Assembly: GCA_049423385.1 (NCBI GenBank)
Contig: JBMSQQ010000002.1
Coordinates: 5,601-69,600, forward strand
Source of the DNA: Silvanigrellaceae bacterium
GTDB lineage: Bacteria; Bdellovibrionota_B; Oligoflexia; Silvanigrellales; Silvanigrellaceae
Direction of reading: 5' to 3'
Length of the DNA stretch: 64,000 nucleotides
A model generated the notes under the pieces. That model searched no databases and had not been told where the DNA came from. It saw only the letters and a program-made list of their open reading frames with translations. Position numbers and translations under genes: made by a program. Numbering within the stretch: the stretch's first letter is position 1; every line of letters begins with the position of its first letter. This document shows, piece by piece, positions 37,782 to 47,709 of the stretch.

Positions 37782-38345
37782 ATGACATCAATGAAGGGCA
37801 CTCCCGTTTCAACTTTCAATGCCACGATTCGCAATTTGATGTCCAAGTCCATCAAGGACGCTTGCGCTTCATTTGAAATCACTGTTGTAGACGAAGCTCC
37901 GGTTGTTAAGAAATCCATGGGAATCAACGGTGATTATCTTGCCGGGATCAGAGTCTCTGGCAAAAGCTTCACGGGAGCTGTCACTTTGTCGATGGATAAA
38001 GTTGCAGCGAAATCCTTTGCAGACAAAATATTTGCGGGCACGCAAGCAAAGGCAAATGACGCGATGCTTTGTGACCTTGTGGGTGAAGTCTGCAACCAGA
38101 TGACGGGAGTCATTCAGAGACAGCTCGGTCAGATTGGCTGCAAACTTCAAGTCACGGCGCAAGAAACTGCCCAGTCTCCTTCGACTTTGGACATGGGGGC
38201 TTCTCCTGAGGAGTGGTTGTTGACTCCCTTCAAGGTCAATCAGGGTAGAGCTGTTCTGGGATTTGGTTTCGTCGGCGATTTGGGTATTGGCGGTGAAGAA
38301 GTTCAGGAAGATCTCAGTGACGCTCGCCACATCACCTTTTTCTAA
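37782..38345 (+). CDS. CheX/CheC-like protein (putative CheY-P phosphatase fold)
   Basis: The ATG at 37782 follows GGAGGA (37771-37776). GINGDYLAGIRVSGKSFTGAVTLSMDKVAAKSFADKIFAG...NDAMLCDLVGEVCNQMTGVIQRQL resembles the CheX pattern. No other che genes are nearby. Confidence 0.5.
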   Translation: MTSMKGTPVSTFNATIRNLMSKSIKDACASFEITVVDEAPVVKKSMGINGDYLAGIRVSGKSFTGAVTLSMDKVAAKSFADKIFAGTQAKANDAMLCDLVGEVCNQMTGVIQRQLGQIGCKLQVTAQETAQSPSTLDMGASPEEWLLTPFKVNQGRAVLGFGFVGDLGIGGEEVQEDLSDARHITFF

Positions 38346-38408
38346 GGTTCCGTTCAATCCCTCGGCTGCCGGCAAACGCCATGTTGCATCGGATTCCCAG
38401 TCGGCTTT

Positions 38409-40391
38409 TCACTTGACCGTTTTTTCGTAGGTGCACAGCGGGTTTCCACTGATGCTGACATCGTTGGCGAGTGGCCCGAAGCCTCTCGCTCCGGTTACGT
38501 CGTTTCTGACCGTGGCAGTTGCCGCACTTCCGGTGACATCGAAAGACACCGCATTTCGTGCGGGATTCTGATTGCTTTTTTCCTTCCACGCACGGCCTGC
38601 TCCCTCGATGATGATGGTTGCCAGGCGCATGTTCTGCACCGCAATGGCGTCTTCAGCGTTCAAGTATTTTTGGCCAAGCTGCATTTGAAAAAGGCTTCCA
38701 TCGCGTCTCCGGACTTGGTCGATTCGCATGTTGGATTTGTCGATAATCAACAGTAATGAAGATTCGGCGTTTTCAAATCTTTCGTCGCCCACAAAAATTT
38801 GTTCGGCACGTGCGTCCGTGGGTGCTGCGTCTGAAAAGGTCAAGGTCATGGGGCGTTGTGTCGGAATCAGTGGTGTTCCATCGCGCAAATTGGCAAGGTT
38901 GCACTGGTAAACAATCGCAAGTCCTCCAGGTTTGGCCTCTTCACTTTTCCAGAGGCTGGAGAGTTGGCATGCCTGCATTGAAAACAGCAATGCGACAAGC
39001 AGGGGTCTTCGGAATCTTCTCAGAAGTTTGGCAAAAACTTGAAGCAAGAGGGGCAAGAGCAGCAGGCCGGCAAGCGCAGACGTTGAGCCGTGGGACTTTT
39101 TCGAGTTTTGGATTTGCCCACATTTGACGCCGCCTTGCTGAACTTCAATTGTTTCCCCGGTGGCTGCCGCAATCTTTTGCCCTCGTGCCAGCTCAACTTC
39201 GCTTTTTTTGAACTCTTCGATCAGTATGCTTTTCCACTGGGAAACCCCGAGGACATCTGTAGCCTTGAGAACTGCAGCAGCCGCATCGCCAAGTTTCGTT
39301 TTGGTGGATTCACCCAAAAAGTTGATGCTCATCAAAACAACGCGATCGAAATCGAAAGTCTTTGCCTTGAAACCCGAAACTATTCTGTTTCTGCTCCGCC
39401 AAAGGGCGCTGCTCCAGACCTGACCAAATGCATGGCCTTCCTCAAGTACCTTGGCGTCATTCGTGGTTGGGGTATCGAGAAGGCGGCGCAGGTATCTCGC
39501 ACCACTGGGTCGGGTGACACGCCAAACACGGCCGAGGACGGGATCGCCAAACCAGCTTGCGCTGAAGTAGTCTGCATATCCTTCATTCACGGCAAACCAT
39601 TGCCATCCTTCCAGGCTGCGCTCGTCCCGAACATGATTGAAGATGATGTGTGAAAGTTCATGACCAATGATTGTAGGATCATGGCCTGCTGAATATCCCG
39701 GGGGATTGCATACAGCAGCACTGGTCTTGTCGAAGCAGGAATTGGGATGAATATAGAGTGACTGAACTCCAACCACAAAAGCATTGTCCCGTTCAACTTC
39801 GCCACCATTGATCGACGGCGAGCGGGGAGCAAAATATGCGGCCTGAACCTTTACCTTTGAGAGAATTTCCTCGCCCCGGGGCAAGCTTCGCAGCAGCGGT
39901 GCAAAATATTGTTCCATCATCTCGTTGATGGTTTGCGCTGTCGTGGTCACCGGAATGGAATCGTTGTCGCGTCCCAACGCTTCGATTTGGGCTCGATTGA
40001 GTTCATTTCCTGAGAGACCGGCACCCGCGGGTGAATCGCCAATATATCGGACCGTGGCCCAACGAGTGTCGAGCAGGAATTTTGAGCTTCCAAACCCGAG
40101 AACATCCGCGTCCGGCGGAAGAGAGATTCCAACAGGGACGTCTGGTTCGTCGACCGGGGTCGTGTTGCTTGAACGAGGAACGAGATTGACCTCTGCGAGG
40201 AGAGCGGAAATCTTGTCGGAGGACAACTCACCCTGGGTTCCGAGTTTTTTCGCCGGAGGCAGGATGACCATGGCCGGCATTTTTTGATTTTGTGATGATG
40301 GGGCCCAGATTAAAAATCCCGTGGCAACGAGAACGAGTGCGGCAAAGCCGATGGCGCCACGTGCTGCGATTTTTTTCGTCAACCCATTCAC
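38409..40391 (-). CDS. Secreted/membrane-anchored zinc metalloprotease (HExxH gluzincin-like) with an extra C-terminal module
   Basis: The GTG start directly abuts the LysR stop (TAAGTG). N-terminal anchor AIGFAALVLVATGFLIW. Active site IIGHELSHIIFNH, then downstream NEGYADYF (thermolysin-like HExxH...NExxxD arrangement). An internal hydrophobic/basic segment at 38967-39089 separates a ~185-aa C-terminal module. Confidence 0.65.
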   Translation of the reverse strand: MNGLTKKIAARGAIGFAALVLVATGFLIWAPSSQNQKMPAMVILPPAKKLGTQGELSSDKISALLAEVNLVPRSSNTTPVDEPDVPVGISLPPDADVLGFGSSKFLLDTRWATVRYIGDSPAGAGLSGNELNRAQIEALGRDNDSIPVTTTAQTINEMMEQYFAPLLRSLPRGEEILSKVKVQAAYFAPRSPSINGGEVERDNAFVVGVQSLYIHPNSCFDKTSAAVCNPPGYSAGHDPTIIGHELSHIIFNHVRDERSLEGWQWFAVNEGYADYFSASWFGDPVLGRVWRVTRPSGARYLRRLLDTPTTNDAKVLEEGHAFGQVWSSALWRSRNRIVSGFKAKTFDFDRVVLMSINFLGESTKTKLGDAAAAVLKATDVLGVSQWKSILIEEFKKSEVELARGQKIAAATGETIEVQQGGVKCGQIQNSKKSHGSTSALAGLLLLPLLLQVFAKLLRRFRRPLLVALLFSMQACQLSSLWKSEEAKPGGLAIVYQCNLANLRDGTPLIPTQRPMTLTFSDAAPTDARAEQIFVGDERFENAESSLLLIIDKSNMRIDQVRRRDGSLFQMQLGQKYLNAEDAIAVQNMRLATIIIEGAGRAWKEKSNQNPARNAVSFDVTGSAATATVRNDVTGARGFGPLANDVSISGNPLCTYEKTVK

Positions 40392-41321
40392 TTATTCGGC
40401 TCCGTAATCACCATGTGTCTTCAATGTTCGAGCGCATTTGCGCAATTCGTCTGCAACAATCGAAAATCTTTTGAGATCCAGACATCCCGATCGGGCAATC
40501 AAGAACAGTCCGTTTTTTTGCATCGAAGCACTTTCCACTGCATACCCTGGTGGAATCGAAAGTTGGCGGATGATTTGTTTTGGAATGACACAGAGTGCGT
40601 TTTCAATTGAAATCACAACTTTTGGGATTGCGATGATGTGATCGAGACAAGCTGCCACCTGAACTTTTGGCCAGGGAAAAGCTTCTCCATCAAACAATTC
40701 ATTCCAGAAGGTATCAACAATTGAATCGGGAATATTCATTGTCACCCAGGGGCGGTTCAGGAGAATTTGTTTCCTTTCCGATTTGCTTCCTGATTTGGGC
40801 AGGGCTTTGCCAAACAGGACAAGTTCCTCGTCGACAAGTTTCTCTGCCTGGACACCTTCTGTGTGCTCAAACGGTTGTGCAACCACGGCAAGGTCAAGTT
40901 GGCCGTGGGTGACCATGTGGAGCAAATTTGCGGTTTGGTCCACGTGAAGTTTCAATTGAAGCTTTGGAGTTTTCTGATTCACACCCGCAAACGCAGGCAA
41001 AAACAAGCTGTCGAACCAGCCCATCAGGCAACCAATTCGAACCGTTCCGTCAATTGCGCTCAACTCTTCCGTGAGGCTTTCCTTGATGCCATCAAAGCGG
41101 TTGAGAATTTCCCTGACCTGCGGAACGATGGCCTCTGCGGTGGGAAGTGGCACCATGCTGCGGGGAGTGCGCTGAAACAATTTGACACCCCATTCCGTCT
41201 CGATTTTTTTCAATTTCAAGCTGATGGCAGGCTGGGTCAAGCCAAGGCCGTTCGCTGCGTGGGAAATTGACCCGCCGTCGACAATAGCCAGAAATGCTTC
41301 GAGGTCCTTGACGTCAATCAT
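40392..41321 (-). CDS. LysR-family transcriptional regulator
   Basis: MIDVKDLEAFLAIVDGGSISHAANGLGLTQPAISLKLKKIETEWGVKLFQRTPRSM is a canonical LysR HTH. A substrate-binding domain follows. Confidence 0.9.
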   Translation of the reverse strand: MIDVKDLEAFLAIVDGGSISHAANGLGLTQPAISLKLKKIETEWGVKLFQRTPRSMVPLPTAEAIVPQVREILNRFDGIKESLTEELSAIDGTVRIGCLMGWFDSLFLPAFAGVNQKTPKLQLKLHVDQTANLLHMVTHGQLDLAVVAQPFEHTEGVQAEKLVDEELVLFGKALPKSGSKSERKQILLNRPWVTMNIPDSIVDTFWNELFDGEAFPWPKVQVAACLDHIIAIPKVVISIENALCVIPKQIIRQLSIPPGYAVESASMQKNGLFLIARSGCLDLKRFSIVADELRKCARTLKTHGDYGAE

Positions 41322-42436
41322 GTTCTGTCCTGTTCATTTTGCTTTTCTGAAAATGAAGACAGCCTTGGCAAAGTCACGGTGAATGTTGTGCCAACACCTT
41401 CGCTGGACTGACACGAAATCGAACCCTTGTGCTGGGTGACGATTGAATACGAGATTGCAAGGCCAAGTCCAGTCCCTTCGCCCACAGGTTTGGTGGTGAA
41501 AAATGGATCAAAAATCTTGGCAACCTGCGATTTTGGAATTCCGGTTCCGGAATCGCGGATTTTCAATTCGATGGTGTTCTCGTTTTCCTGAATCGTGACT
41601 TCAAGTTCACCTCCGCCATCGCGCATTGCATAAATCGCGTTGGTGACGAGATTGAGAACGACCTGTGAAATTTTGCCCCGCGAACCTTCAATAAGAATCG
41701 GATTTTGAGGAGTGTTTATGGTGACCTGGATCCGTTCCTTGCGGAGAATCGCGCGTGAGAGTCTGAGCGTCGACTCCACGCAGTCGATCAGGTCGAAATT
41801 TTCAACATTTTCCGGAGCGTCCTGGCGAGCAAATCCGAGCAAACCTTCGACAATGACTTTGCATTTTTGTGCTGCGGCTTCGATTTCGCGCATGTCCTCG
41901 AGGTGAGGATCCTCGGCCGACATTTCGCGAAGTGCCATTTGCGCGAATGCCATGATTCCAGCCAACGGGCTATTGATCTCGTGGGCAACGCCGCCAGCCA
42001 TTTTACCCAGTGCAGCCAATTTGTCTGCGCGGGCAAGGCTCTCGTGCAATGCCCTCTGTTGAGTGACGTCGCGATAATGCACAACGGTGAGAGCACCATT
42101 GTTGTGTTCAACATCCACATTTGGGCTGACCCGGATTTCGAGTTCACGACCATTGATGAGTTCGCGACTGTTCCAGGTTGATTTCAGTCCATCGACTCTT
42201 GCTTTTTGAACTTTGCAGTCGGGGCAGGGAGCATTGCGACCTGCAAAAGCTTCAAAGCACTTTTTGCCTCGAAACTCGGTGATCGCCAGTTGCTCGGGAT
42301 TGACTGCCTTTTCTGCATATGCTCGATTTTGTCTTCGGATATTGAAATTTTCATCGATCAGCGCCAAAGGATCTTCAAGCGCATCAATCATTCCCAACCA
42401 TTGGGTTTTGAGGTGTTCAACAAATTCGACGTCCAT
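41318..42436 (-). CDS. Cytoplasmic PAS sensor histidine kinase (no TM, no cognate response regulator adjacent)
   Basis: The PAS region contains KCFEAFAGRNAPCPDCKVQ. H-box LGKMAGGVAHEINSPLAGI; N-box VVLNLVTNAIYAM; G-boxes DSGTGIP and GTGLGLAISYSIV. 4-nt overlap with the LysR gene. Confidence 0.9.
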   Translation of the reverse strand: MDVEFVEHLKTQWLGMIDALEDPLALIDENFNIRRQNRAYAEKAVNPEQLAITEFRGKKCFEAFAGRNAPCPDCKVQKARVDGLKSTWNSRELINGRELEIRVSPNVDVEHNNGALTVVHYRDVTQQRALHESLARADKLAALGKMAGGVAHEINSPLAGIMAFAQMALREMSAEDPHLEDMREIEAAAQKCKVIVEGLLGFARQDAPENVENFDLIDCVESTLRLSRAILRKERIQVTINTPQNPILIEGSRGKISQVVLNLVTNAIYAMRDGGGELEVTIQENENTIELKIRDSGTGIPKSQVAKIFDPFFTTKPVGEGTGLGLAISYSIVTQHKGSISCQSSEGVGTTFTVTLPRLSSFSEKQNEQDRT

Positions 42437-42485
42437 AAAAATCGCCCTCTGTGGCTCTGCTTAGAGCTTAACAGAGGGCGATTTT
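42437..42485 (-). terminator. Strong hairpin between the lon stop and the kinase start (terminator and/or translational element)
   Basis: AAAATCGCCCTCTG (42437-42451 region) pairs with CAGAGGGCGATTTT (42472-42485). On the minus strand the 3' arm, which contains the only Shine-Dalgarno-like AGAGGG, and its U-run end directly at the kinase ATG (42436). Confidence 0.55.
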
Positions 42486-42514
42486 TGCCTCGCGGCAGGG
42501 ATGTGGCGCAAACG

Positions 42515-45097
42515 TCAGTGTCGCATGGTTTCAGGGGCTGAATTTCGTTGATTGGCCGTCATGGATGCAATTTCTGCAGCAGACTTCAGTTTGGACTGAA
42601 GTTCATCCGTTTCATTCCAGGCAAGTGCATGGAAAAGAACCGAATCCACATGGTCGACTCCAACAACGGTCAATTTCTCGAGAACGTTCTTTGGAATTTC
42701 GTGAAGGTCTTTCAAATTCTCTCGTGGAATAATGATTTTCTTCACGCCACCGCGGTGCGCTGCGAGAAGTTTTTCCTTCAGGCCGCCAATCGGAAGGACT
42801 CGTCCACGCAGGGTGATTTCTCCAGTCATGGCGATTTCACGGCTGACAGGCCGCTTGGTGAGCGCACTCACAAGTGCCGTTGCCATTGTGATACCGGCGC
42901 TTGGGCCATCTTTCGGAATCGCACCTTCCGGGAAGTGAACGTGGATGTCGATCTTTGAGTAAAAATCTTCCTCCAGGCCCAGGAAAGTTGCCCGTGAGCG
43001 AACGTAGCTGAAAGCAGCCTGGGCTGATTCCTGCATCACTTCACCCAGTTTTCCGGTGATTTTCAGGTTTCCTTTGCCGGTCACGATTGAGACTTCCGTA
43101 ATCAGCAGGTCTCCGCCGACCTCTGTGTACGCCAATCCCTGGCAGACGCCAATTTCATCGCGGGTGCCTGTTTCGTTGATGCTGAAACGTCGAGGTCCGA
43201 GGTTGTCGCGAATGGTGCCATCGTTGACAACAGGAGCTTTGATGCCATCCAGTTTGATGATTTCAGTCAGAGTCGTTGGCAACGCTGATTTGTCGGTCGC
43301 CGGAGCGGCCGTTGTCGTTGTCGTTGAAGATTGTGCCGCAGCATTCGCCTTGGCCGCTTTCTCTGCCTTGGTTGGCTTGGTGGCTGTTGCCTCGGCTTCT
43401 GTTTTTTGTTTGAGCAGCTGACGGGCAATCTTTCTGCAGACACTCGAGATTTCACGCTCCAGGCTGCGGACTCCTGCTTCGCGGGTGTAGTAGCGAATCA
43501 GTTCTTCCAGAGCGGAATCATCAAACTTCAATCCTGTGGCCTCGAGTCCGTTGGACTTTGCAGCCTTTGGCACGAGGTGTCTTTGAGCGATGTTGACCTT
43601 CTCTTGCTCGGTATAACCGCCCAAGGTGATGATCTCCATGCGGTCCAACAACGGCTTCGGAATGGTATGAAGGTTGTTGGCCGTCGCCAAGAACAATGTC
43701 TGGGAAAGATCATAGTCCATGTCGAGGTAGTGGTCATTGAATGTCGAGTTCTGCTCGGGGTCAAGAACCTCAAGCATGGCGCTTGCCGGATCACCCCGGA
43801 AGTCTGAACTCATCTTGTCGATTTCGTCGAGCAAAATGACCGGATTGCTGGTGCCAGCCTTTTTGAGAGCGTTGACGATCTTGCCAGGCATTGCTCCAAT
43901 GTAGGTACGGCGGTGTCCGCGGATTTCCGCTTCGTCGCGTACGCCACCCAGGGCGATGCGTGCAAATTCACGTCCTGTGGCACGAGCGATGCTGCGTGCC
44001 AAGCTTGTTTTACCAACGCCCGGAGGACCCACGAGGCAAAGAATGGGGCCCTTGAGTTTGTCGGACAAACTTGTCACCGCAAGAAATTCGAGGATTCGTT
44101 CTTTGACCTTGTCGAGACCAAAGTGATCGGCTTCGAGCACTTCTTCGCTGAACTTGGGATCACGCAGCAATGTGCTGAATTCGCCCCAAGGAAGTCCGAG
44201 TGTGGTGTCGATGTAGTTGCGCACAACGGTTGCCTCGGCGCTCATCGGGCTCATGCCGCGAAGCTTTTTGAGTTCTTTTTTCAAACGATCGCGCGCTTCG
44301 TCGGACAACTTCTTCGATTTGATTTTACTTTCCAGTTCGGCGATTTCGGTGCGGGAATCGTCGAAGTTGCCCAATTCCTTCTGAATAGCGTTCATCTGCT
44401 CGTTCAGGTAGTACTCTTTCTGGGTCTTTTCCATTTGGCGTTTGACTCGGGCACGAATCTTCTTTTCAACCCGAAGTATTTCAATTTCCGACTGGATGAT
44501 TCCGAAAATTTCCTCAAGACGCTTTGCTGGATCGACAGTCTCAAGAATCCGCTGCTTGTCGGCCAGTTTCAGGTTTGCCAACTGCACAACAAGAGTGTCT
44601 GCAAGTCGGCTCTCATCTTCGATGGATGAGATCGAAAAGACCATTTCCGGTGGAACTTTTTTGTTCAACTTGACGTAGGTGTCGAACGCTGCCTTGACTG
44701 TTCTGACCAAGGCTTCGTTTTCGACGGCTTGTCCTGGTGGTTCGGCGATTTCGGCAACTTCGACGACCAGGAGATCGTTGCTTTCGACGTATCTGCTGAT
44801 TTTGGCGCGACGCTTTCCTTCAACTAGAATCTTGACCGTGCCGTCGGGTAGGCGAAGAAGCTGAAGTATTTGTGCGATGGTTCCGAACTCATAGATTTCT
44901 TCTGGCGTGGGATCGTTTGTCTTCGATTTTCGTTGCGCAGCCAGAAAGATTTCGCGGTTGCGCGACATCGCATCGTCAAGAGCCTTGATGCTTTTCTCAC
45001 GCCCAACAAACAGCGGTACCACCGTGTGCGGAAACACAAGAAGTTCCCGCAGAGGCAACAGTGGAAGGGTGCGGACGTTTGCTTTCTTTTCAGCCAT
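42515..45097 (-). CDS. lon: ATP-dependent Lon protease (LonA)
   Basis: N-domain [27 protein letters not shown]. Walker [10 protein letters not shown]. Protease site [18 protein letters not shown]. The ATG at 45097 follows GGAGGA. Contains a ~50-aa Ala/Thr/Lys-rich insertion. Confidence 0.95.
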   Translation of the reverse strand: MAEKKANVRTLPLLPLRELLVFPHTVVPLFVGREKSIKALDDAMSRNREIFLAAQRKSKTNDPTPEEIYEFGTIAQILQLLRLPDGTVKILVEGKRRAKISRYVESNDLLVVEVAEIAEPPGQAVENEALVRTVKAAFDTYVKLNKKVPPEMVFSISSIEDESRLADTLVVQLANLKLADKQRILETVDPAKRLEEIFGIIQSEIEILRVEKKIRARVKRQMEKTQKEYYLNEQMNAIQKELGNFDDSRTEIAELESKIKSKKLSDEARDRLKKELKKLRGMSPMSAEATVVRNYIDTTLGLPWGEFSTLLRDPKFSEEVLEADHFGLDKVKERILEFLAVTSLSDKLKGPILCLVGPPGVGKTSLARSIARATGREFARIALGGVRDEAEIRGHRRTYIGAMPGKIVNALKKAGTSNPVILLDEIDKMSSDFRGDPASAMLEVLDPEQNSTFNDHYLDMDYDLSQTLFLATANNLHTIPKPLLDRMEIITLGGYTEQEKVNIAQRHLVPKAAKSNGLEATGLKFDDSALEELIRYYTREAGVRSLEREISSVCRKIARQLLKQKTEAEATATKPTKAEKAAKANAAAQSSTTTTTAAPATDKSALPTTLTEIIKLDGIKAPVVNDGTIRDNLGPRRFSINETGTRDEIGVCQGLAYTEVGGDLLITEVSIVTGKGNLKITGKLGEVMQESAQAAFSYVRSRATFLGLEEDFYSKIDIHVHFPEGAIPKDGPSAGITMATALVSALTKRPVSREIAMTGEITLRGRVLPIGGLKEKLLAAHRGGVKKIIIPRENLKDLHEIPKNVLEKLTVVGVDHVDSVLFHALAWNETDELQSKLKSAAEIASMTANQRNSAPETMRH

Positions 45098-45188
45098 TGA
45101 AATCCTCCAAGGCAAATCGACTGGCGACTGTTTCAAAGTTTAAGCACTTGGGAGCATTTGGCAATCAAACGCACGCATTTGACCCGAG

Positions 45189-46859
45189 TCAGTTTTCCGT
45201 TGCCTGCGAAATAGGCTTTTCCCATTCCGCAAGTTGGGATTCAAACTTCGGCCAGAGGCGGGCGAGAACAGATTCCCCGATGCTCTTTTGCTCAGACAAC
45301 ACTTCGGACAGTGCCTGCTGAGACGTGAGTGGATGAAACAGCACTGCCCGAAATACGACGGTGTCAAAGCCTGGTATTACCGATTCAAGGGTCGTGCGGG
45401 AAACAAAACTTTTCCCGCTTTGTCGTTGAATCTTTTGTATTTCGACGGTGGTTTCGTTGAGCAGGGCGGTCAATTGGTGCAGCGTGGGAACTCTGACGTC
45501 CTCACGTTTTTGCTCGACAACGCTTTGTCTGAGCCGCTCCAGCTTTGCTTTCCAGGCAGCCGGAACAAATCGCCATGTGACGATGTTGGTCTTGACCTCG
45601 CTGGTGAGTTCGAAGCAGTCGGACTCATTGATCAGTTTCTCGAAAGCGCCAGCAAGCGAGAGTGAATATTCCATGAGTTGCGCATAATTTTTTCCGCCAA
45701 TTGCCCAAAGCGCAAACCAAAGTTTGAAAGAATCAAAACGGCGACTTCCCTCCAGGCTTGTGCGGCCGAGATCAACACTGCCGGAGCGAATGATGTAGCG
45801 AGCCGTGTGGCGGAGAACATCGAGGGCTGATTCATCACGAAAAACAACCATCCCCTGAGCCATTGGAACGTAAAACAATTTGTGACCGTCGATAATCACG
45901 GAATCTGCGAGTTCGATGCCGGCGAACAATTTGCGGCCACGCTCGCAAAGCAATAGTGGCCCTCCCCAGGCCGCATCCACGTGAAACCATGCGCCCGTTT
46001 TTTGCGCCAAAGCGGCCAGCGCTGAAAGGTCATCCGAGCTGCCCGTTTCGGTGCTTCCTGCAACGCCCACAATCACCAGGGGGAGAATTCCCTGGGCCTG
46101 GTGCTGCATCATTGTTCGCTCGAGTGCAGCGATGTCAATTTGATTTGTGAACGGAACGACGGGTATTTCGTGGACGGATTGGGTCCCGAGTCCCAGCACT
46201 GAAGCCGCCTTGCGAATCGAATAATGGACACGCTTGCTGGCGTAGATGCCAACCTTGCGTTTGCCCATGCGTTCCAGGGCTTCAGAAACTCCCCAGTCCT
46301 TGCATCTTGGAATTTTTTTGTTGCGGGCGACGGCAAGCGCCGTCAGATTTCCCATGGTTCCGCCACTCGTCACATTGCCTAAACACAGATCCGGTTTGTG
46401 CATGCGGGCCTTGTAGTAGTCGGAGTTTCTCCCAAAAACGAGCCGATGTATCCATGCCAAAAGCTGACCTTCCACGAAACTTCCGGCCAAGGCAGTCTCA
46501 ATTTTCACAACGTTCTGGTTCAGCGCTGCAATGAGAAGTTCGAGACCCAGGTGAAAATACGGCGTGGCTCCAGTCATGTGGCCAATGTAATGCGGGTCTG
46601 CGACCTGTACTGAATGCTTGACAACGCGTTCACTCGAGAGTTGGAGCGCCTTTTCGACTCCAATTCCCTGAAATGGAATTTCAACTTCATGAAAAAGGCT
46701 CTCAAGGTCGGGCAAGCTCAGGTCACTGTGGAGTTTGTTCTCGGATTGCGGTTTCAGGAAATTCAGGGCTGCGTCAAGATTGCGCTCCACCAGACGGCGC
46801 AGGTTCTGTTCTGCACCAGGTTGGAAAAACAAAGCTCGCATGGCATCCTTGTGAGTCAT
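45189..46859 (-). CDS. Group II pyridoxal-phosphate-dependent amino-acid decarboxylase
   Basis: GNVTSGGTMGNLTALAVAR, WFHVDAAWGGP and SVIIDGHKLFYVPMAQGMVVF (PLP-Lys in DGHK). The ATG at 46859 (MTHKDAM) follows AGGA. Substrate cannot be assigned from sequence alone. Confidence 0.8.
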   Translation of the reverse strand: MTHKDAMRALFFQPGAEQNLRRLVERNLDAALNFLKPQSENKLHSDLSLPDLESLFHEVEIPFQGIGVEKALQLSSERVVKHSVQVADPHYIGHMTGATPYFHLGLELLIAALNQNVVKIETALAGSFVEGQLLAWIHRLVFGRNSDYYKARMHKPDLCLGNVTSGGTMGNLTALAVARNKKIPRCKDWGVSEALERMGKRKVGIYASKRVHYSIRKAASVLGLGTQSVHEIPVVPFTNQIDIAALERTMMQHQAQGILPLVIVGVAGSTETGSSDDLSALAALAQKTGAWFHVDAAWGGPLLLCERGRKLFAGIELADSVIIDGHKLFYVPMAQGMVVFRDESALDVLRHTARYIIRSGSVDLGRTSLEGSRRFDSFKLWFALWAIGGKNYAQLMEYSLSLAGAFEKLINESDCFELTSEVKTNIVTWRFVPAAWKAKLERLRQSVVEQKREDVRVPTLHQLTALLNETTVEIQKIQRQSGKSFVSRTTLESVIPGFDTVVFRAVLFHPLTSQQALSEVLSEQKSIGESVLARLWPKFESQLAEWEKPISQATEN

Positions 46860-46977
46860 GTGGGTTCCTGTGTCGGGAGCCTTTTCACGCGGCTGTTGGG
46901 TTATCCAAACAACGGACGACTGCTTTATAATAGCTTTTTCATGATTGCCAACTTGAAGCCTGGGGCGGACTCTGACG

Positions 46978-47679
46978 ATGAACAATTTGCAGCAATACAG
47001 TGATATGGCCGCGAGCTGGTGGGATGACTCGGGTCCATTTCAGGACCTGATCCACATGAACCCTGCCAGGTTCGAGTATTTCGACAGTATCTGCAGCGAA
47101 TGGAAACAGAAAACCATCCTTGACCTTGGCTGTGGTGGTGGCTTCGTTGCAGAGGAGTTGGCTCGACGAGGAGCGAACGTTGTTGGAGTCGATCCTTCAG
47201 GTCCACTGCTGGGTGTCGCCAAACAGCATGCCCTCTCGAACGGATTGTCCATCGATTACAGGGTTGGCACCGGAGAGCAGATTCCGGCAGTCGATGCCTC
47301 ATTTGATGTCGTTGTTTGTGTCGATGTGCTGGAACATGTTGCCGATCTTGAAAAGGTGCTGAAAGAGGTGCGCAGGGTTCTCAAGCCCGGCGGACTTTTT
47401 CTGTACGACACCATCAACCGCACACTCTTTTCTTTTGTATGGATGATTGTTGCCCTGGAGTGGATTTCTGGTCGGATTCCGCGCGGAACCCACGACTGGC
47501 GAAAGTTCATTCGACCCGGTGATCTCGCGCAACTTCTTTCTCAAACTGGTTTTACTCCCAAAGGTCAAAAGGGAATCAACATTGGTTCACTGGAACTCAA
47601 GGGTTTCCAGGTGAAACCAAAATTCCGCCTGGGTGCCGGCATGAGCGGAGTTTACGCGGGTTCAGCAGTTCGAGACTGA
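46978..47679 (+). CDS. ubiG: Ubiquinone biosynthesis O-methyltransferase (UbiG-like class I SAM methyltransferase)
   Basis: WWDDSGPFQDLIHMNPARFEYF, ILDLGCGGGFVAEELARRGANVVGVDPS, DVLEHVADLEKVL, LKPGGLFLYDTINRT and IPRGTHDWRKFIRPGDL parallel E. coli UbiG closely. Confidence 0.8.
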   Translation: MNNLQQYSDMAASWWDDSGPFQDLIHMNPARFEYFDSICSEWKQKTILDLGCGGGFVAEELARRGANVVGVDPSGPLLGVAKQHALSNGLSIDYRVGTGEQIPAVDASFDVVVCVDVLEHVADLEKVLKEVRRVLKPGGLFLYDTINRTLFSFVWMIVALEWISGRIPRGTHDWRKFIRPGDLAQLLSQTGFTPKGQKGINIGSLELKGFQVKPKFRLGAGMSGVYAGSAVRD

Positions 47680-47709
47680 TTTTGAATCAAAAGGTCAAAA
47701 GGATTCGCA

